From: Candidatus Thorarchaeota archaeon
GTDB lineage: Archaea; Asgardarchaeota; Thorarchaeia; Thorarchaeales; Thorarchaeaceae
DNA: 11,060 nucleotides
Direction: 5' to 3'
Assembly: GCA_048884785.1 (NCBI GenBank)
Contig: JBHLQM010000082.1
Span: 1-11,060 of the forward strand
Below, in pieces: positions 7,878-11,060 of this stretch. Every line of letters starts with the position of its first letter. The stretch's first letter is position 1. The notes beneath the pieces are model-generated. The model was given only the letters and a program-made list of their open reading frames with translations, was not told the DNA's origin and did not search any database. Made by a program: the position numbers and the translations under genes.

Positions 7878-8486
7878 CTATCTGTATGCATCATCATCCG
7901 AAAAGATGGCTCTGATGTCAATGTCAATAAATCCCTCATTATTCCATGAAAGTCGAACGCGTTCATATCTCTTGTTTTGTTGTATAATACCCGAATTATC
8001 AGGCAATCTTGGTTCTCCGCTAAGAATGGCATCTATTGCAGTAGCAAGGCGATTTCTACTCCGTTTATCATACGGTATTGCAACTTCGGTTCGATCTCGT
8101 AATTTGAGTACAACCGCTTTATCTCCTACCTTGATAATGGGTTGCGATAGAATTATTTTTCCAGGTCTGAAATATGGAGTTTTATCCCTCATACTTCTTA
8201 TAGTCATTGCCAACTTGTTATGTCGAGCTATCTCTGCGCGCGCAGATGTTATGACATTCTCAAGATAGACTGGTCTATTATCATACTCCAGTTCAAAAGC
8301 TTCCTCTATTGCCTCTTTTATTTTTGAGCGCCCACTTAATCGGTTTTTGAGAATGGTCTTGATGACCCAATTTGTTGCGTCTGTGTATCGCTTAAATTCC
8401 TCCTTTAGCACACTCTGCTTATCTCTTGTGAGAGTGACGCTGAGAAGTTTAAGAATCTCAATCCTATCTTCAGGCATGAAGACCAC
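7878..8486 (-). CDS. Hypothetical protein resembling the N-terminal WED/REC lobe of TnpB/Cas12f, lacking RuvC (start GTG 8486 or ATG 8477)
   Basis: Intact ~200-aa ORF. The pattern LT.DKQ.VLKE.F.RY.DATNWVI, helical region, KTPYF, IIL, VVLKL...VAIP, VRLSWNNEGFIDIDI parallels the first half of IS200/IS605/IS607 TnpB. No RuvC-I GxDxG motif and no CxxC finger. Confidence 0.7.
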   Translation of the reverse strand: MVFMPEDRIEILKLLSVTLTRDKQSVLKEEFKRYTDATNWVIKTILKNRLSGRSKIKEAIEEAFELEYDNRPVYLENVITSARAEIARHNKLAMTIRSMRDKTPYFRPGKIILSQPIIKVGDKAVVLKLRDRTEVAIPYDKRSRNRLATAIDAILSGEPRLPDNSGIIQQNKRYERVRLSWNNEGFIDIDIRAIFSDDDAYR

Positions 8487-8541
8487 TGATTAGCAATCAC
8501 ATTTTTGAATCTAATCAATCTAACCGTTTCTCAATCTCCAG

Positions 8542-9633
8542 TCATATACGGTGTGCGAGAAACTCGGCTTCATTAATAATCCGGCTTATTTCTGCGGGTT
8601 GAATGTCGTAGGCTCCGTATTCGACTAGAATCTGATTGAAGAATTCCATCTCTGAATCCCTAAGGTTGTCAATGAAACCTGTTTTTTCAGGGCTGAATTC
8701 GCCTTTGAGAACTACCATGGCTTTCCCAAGTGTATTGGCTGCTTCTCTCATCTCCAAAGCGGCCAGCTCGTAATCCCCTCCGTACGTAAGATTGAGGGAT
8801 CCATGATATTGTCTCTGTGCTTGCGCAAGTAGTCTTGTAGCCTGTGTAGTGAGACTAGTATCCTCGGATTCTTCAAGTCGTGTTTCAGCTCTCTCAATCC
8901 ATGTTCTTAATTTTTCAAGAATTACAAGAAGTTTGGATTCGTCTAGTCCTCTAAGTTTGTATGTTCGAAGGAAGAGTTGATATGTTATAGGATCGAGCAT
9001 CCGAATTTCTGTTAACACCTCAGCCGGTCTAAGTACAGTGAAGATGTTATTTGACATCAAAATCAATCGACCGAATTGGAAGAGTCCCTCACGCATCTCG
9101 TATATTGCACTAGCATAGTCATCTTCGGCAACAAACCTTTTGGCACGAGATAAGGGCTCAAGCGCGGCTTTCTTCATTTCATTGATTGTTCCAACTGGCC
9201 ACGAATACTCTATCGCGCTTTTCTGCCACTTCTTTAGCATGCCCTTTGGATCATGTATGATGTGTGAAGTCCGAAATCTATTGACGACCTCTGACACTTT
9301 GAGTACATCACTAGTAGTGTGAGAGAAGACATCTTCGATCTCTCCAATTGTCATGAAGACCATATCAAGACGGACTTCTTTATGAGTAGACATGAGTCGT
9401 ACTGGCGCCTCGGCAGCATCCCAAATTATAGAGATGTCCAAGTCCGAATCTGCAGTGGCTGTTCCTTTTGCAAATGAACCGTAGACGAAAATCCCTTTTG
9501 CTTTCTCATGATTCTTCCATTCTTTTACTGTGTCATCTAGCGCTGCTTTGAAGCGATTTTGGATATCTCTCATGCTAGAACTGATCCTCCGGGTTTCAAT
9601 AATTAGGTCCTCTACATATTTTGATGGACTCAT
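8542..9633 (-). CDS. Pol-beta-superfamily nucleotidyltransferase (MNT/KNTase-like) fused to two tandem HEPN-like helical repeats
   Basis: IFVYGSFAKGTATADSDLDI (hGS...DxD) and a third Asp in RLDM. Repeats DDYASAIYEMRE (9088-9123) and GDYELAALEMRE (8743-8778). Start is ATG 9633 or TTG 9639. Confidence 0.85.
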   Translation of the reverse strand: MSPSKYVEDLIIETRRISSSMRDIQNRFKAALDDTVKEWKNHEKAKGIFVYGSFAKGTATADSDLDISIIWDAAEAPVRLMSTHKEVRLDMVFMTIGEIEDVFSHTTSDVLKVSEVVNRFRTSHIIHDPKGMLKKWQKSAIEYSWPVGTINEMKKAALEPLSRAKRFVAEDDYASAIYEMREGLFQFGRLILMSNNIFTVLRPAEVLTEIRMLDPITYQLFLRTYKLRGLDESKLLVILEKLRTWIERAETRLEESEDTSLTTQATRLLAQAQRQYHGSLNLTYGGDYELAALEMREAANTLGKAMVVLKGEFSPEKTGFIDNLRDSEMEFFNQILVEYGAYDIQPAEISRIINEAEFLAHRI

Positions 9634-9709
9634 ACTCAAAAAAGGTATCTGCTATGTTGCCCGACACTAATTAATACTCGATTTCCACCACAAACAAAGA
9701 GGTCGTGAG

Positions 9710-10417
9710 ATGTCCCGAGCCGATGGAAGAACAAATGAAGCACTCCGACCTGTTGAGTTCAAGCGAGGATATCTCAAACATCCTGAAGGTTCAGTATTGA
9801 TTACCACTGGAGAAACAAAGGTAATCTGTACTGCCACCCTCGAACTAGGAGTTCCTGGTTGGCTCAATGGCAGTGGTCAAGGTTGGATCACTGCAGAGTA
9901 TGGAATGCTTCCAAGGTCAACAAATGAACGCATGAATCGATACAAGGTAAGTGGAAGAACACAAGAGATACAGCGGCTTGTAGGTCGTTCATTGCGTGCT
10001 GCAGTTGACCTGAAAAGCATGGGCGAGAACACAATCAAAATAGACTGTGATGTTATTCAAGCCGATGGTGGTACAAGAACAGCGTCAATTACAGGCGCAT
10101 TTGTAGCTCTCTGTGACGCATTGGACTACATGGTTAACCTTGGGCTCATCTCAAAGAAACCAATAATTGGTAATGTCGCAGCAGTCAGTGTGGGAATCGT
10201 AAAGAATGAAACTCTCCTTGATCTTTGCTATCTTGAGGATTCGCAAGCTGATGTTGACATGAATATCGTTATGCGAGATAACGAATTTGTTGAGGTACAG
10301 GGGACTGGTGAAGGCAGTACTTTCAAACGAGCAGTATTAGATGAAATGCTGGATTTGGCCTCCAAAGGAATTTCTAAGCTGGTTGATCTCCAAAATCAGG
10401 TATTATCCTCTCCTTAG
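9710..10417 (+). CDS. rph: Ribonuclease PH, bacterial type
   Basis: R.DGR...[48 protein letters not shown], signature [26 protein letters not shown] and EVQGTGE. SD GAGGT at 9699-9703. Confidence 0.96.
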   Translation: MSRADGRTNEALRPVEFKRGYLKHPEGSVLITTGETKVICTATLELGVPGWLNGSGQGWITAEYGMLPRSTNERMNRYKVSGRTQEIQRLVGRSLRAAVDLKSMGENTIKIDCDVIQADGGTRTASITGAFVALCDALDYMVNLGLISKKPIIGNVAAVSVGIVKNETLLDLCYLEDSQADVDMNIVMRDNEFVEVQGTGEGSTFKRAVLDEMLDLASKGISKLVDLQNQVLSSP

Positions 10418-10461
10418 GCCTTTAGATGCTTCTAGACTCCTCTCTAAACCTTTGTATATGT

Positions 10462-10475
10462 CGGAAGCTTTATAC
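10462..10475 (+). promoter_or_regulatory. Putative distal promoter P1 (BRE + TATA) of the rRNA/ncRNA transcript
   Basis: CGGAAGC-TTTATAC, with the TATA box at 10469-10474. Confidence 0.6.
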
Positions 10476-10593
10476 GGAAATTCTGGCATTTTAGTGTGCA
10501 TTTGTCGAGCAGAGATAGTATTGTCCGGCGGCTATGAAAGGGTTGCCGAAGACTGATTCTGGCAGACTGGTAACAGAAATGCCCTCGACGGAT

Positions 10594-10607
10594 AGCAAGC
10601 TTTAAAT
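10594..10607 (+). promoter_or_regulatory. Putative proximal promoter P2 (BRE + TATA) of the 23S rRNA transcript
   Basis: AGCAAGC-TTTAAAT, with the TATA box at 10601-10606. It shares AAGCTTTA with P1, 132 nt upstream. Confidence 0.6.
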
Positions 10608-10624
10608 CGTCAGCCAAACAGGCT

Positions 10625-10956
10625 GCCGGAGCGCTCACTGAAATTCAGTGAAGAGCTAAGTTAGGTCCGGAGTTCAGTAGTTTCTAATCACTGAATGAAG
10701 GCTCATCGGGACCAGGCTATCAAATCGGTGCCATTCCTGATGAAGGACCGTCAATGCACTAGCTTTGGTGCCGTGCACCGATAGAAGCTAATGCAGTGAT
10801 TGCAGAGGATGGAAGTACACTGACCGAGAACGTAGGATATACACCTAACGTTAAAAGAAGTTATTACAAAACTCCTTGGCATGATTGGAATACAATCAAT
10901 CATGTTCACAGATTTGTGGACAACAGGTAATACTGTGTCAACACATGACTAGGTCC
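10625..10956 (+). other. Structured 5' leader (external transcribed spacer) of the pre-23S rRNA
   Basis: No credible ORF. Consecutive hairpins: TCACTGAA/TTCAGTGA (10635-10651), TTCAGT/ACTGAA (10673-10695), a long stem at 10750-10800, AACGTAGG/CCTAACGTT (10829-10852) and CATGATTG/CAATCATG (10880-10904). Confidence 0.65.
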
Positions 10957-10957
10957 G

Positions 10958-11060
10958 CAATTTCGCTATACGGCCAGTGGTGGATGACTAGGTTGGCTAG
11001 CTGAAGAAGGGCGTGACAAGCTGCGATATGCCGCGGGTAGACGCATGAAGTCTTTGATCC
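10958..11060 (+). rRNA. rrl: 23S ribosomal RNA, 5' end (continues beyond the window; first nucleotide approximate)
   Basis: GCTATACGGCCAGTGGTGGATG...GAAGAAGGGCGTGACAAGCTGCGATATGCC...GGTAGACGCATG matches conserved LSU domain I blocks (GGTGGATG, GA.GAAGG.CG, CAAGCTGCGATA) of archaeal style. Confidence 0.93.

Noticed and set aside
7870-8541. Active IS200/IS605 element or CRISPR-Cas12f locus around the TnpB-like gene
   Set aside because: No transposase, convincing subterminal hairpins, RuvC domain or repeat-spacer array was seen. The AATCTAATC/AATCTAACC duplication at 8508-8525 is too short to be meaningful.
10511-10553. Lysine-riboswitch-like words (AGAG, AGTA, GAAAGG, GCCGAA)
   Set aside because: The order and pairing do not fit: the strand pairing with GCCG lies after AGTA. 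The element is too short for P3-P5, and no lysine-related gene follows.
7149-10638. Shadow ORFs 7149..7370, 7906..8268, 9140..9322, 9667..9867, 10341..10556 and 10444..10638
   Set aside because: They are antisense or overlapping to stronger genes, or span the promoter/structured-RNA region, and show no protein-like motifs.
10660-10680. SRP RNA helix-8-like GTTAGGTCCGGAG
   Set aside because: It lacks the following GGAA-GG-AGCA segment, and TCCGG is better explained by pairing with CCGGA at 10626-10630.
10748-10755. CCGTCAAT, complementary to the conserved SSU rRNA ATTGACGG near the central pseudoknot (U3-like guide idea)
   Set aside because: Only 8 nt, mostly sequestered in a local hairpin. 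Many archaea have ATTGGCGG there, and this organism's 16S is not visible.
10495-10956. RNase P RNA, tRNA or 5S rRNA in the rph-23S gap
   Set aside because: No GAGGAAAGTCC-type conserved region, no T-loop (GTTCRA) cloverleaf and no 5S signature was seen on either strand.

Overview
Archaeal chromosomal window of mostly housekeeping genes. Archaeal origin is inferred from BRE/TATA promoters, GGAGG/GGTGA ribosome-binding sites, a geranylgeranyl reductase, a sequon-rich surface protein and an archaeal-type 23S 5' end. An Asgard (possibly Thorarchaeia) origin is a guess, not proven. Gene order: 3' end of a MutY/MIG-like HhH-GPD glycosylase, two small Cys-rich proteins, nucleoside phosphorylase, GNAT with a CxxC tail, two tandem SPPY DNA methyltransferases with no adjacent endonuclease, geranylgeranyl reductase, membrane-anchored M28 peptidase and a stand-alone WD40 propeller. 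The last 3.2 kb is the most unusual part. On the minus strand, a Pol-beta nucleotidyltransferase with two tandem HEPN-like repeats precedes a ~200-aa protein that looks like the WED/REC half of TnpB/Cas12f with no RuvC domain. This pair lies head-to-head with a bacterial-type RNase PH, followed by tandem promoters, a ~460-nt structured leader and the 5' end of a 23S rRNA gene with no 16S upstream. All family calls come from motif recognition by eye; no searches were run.
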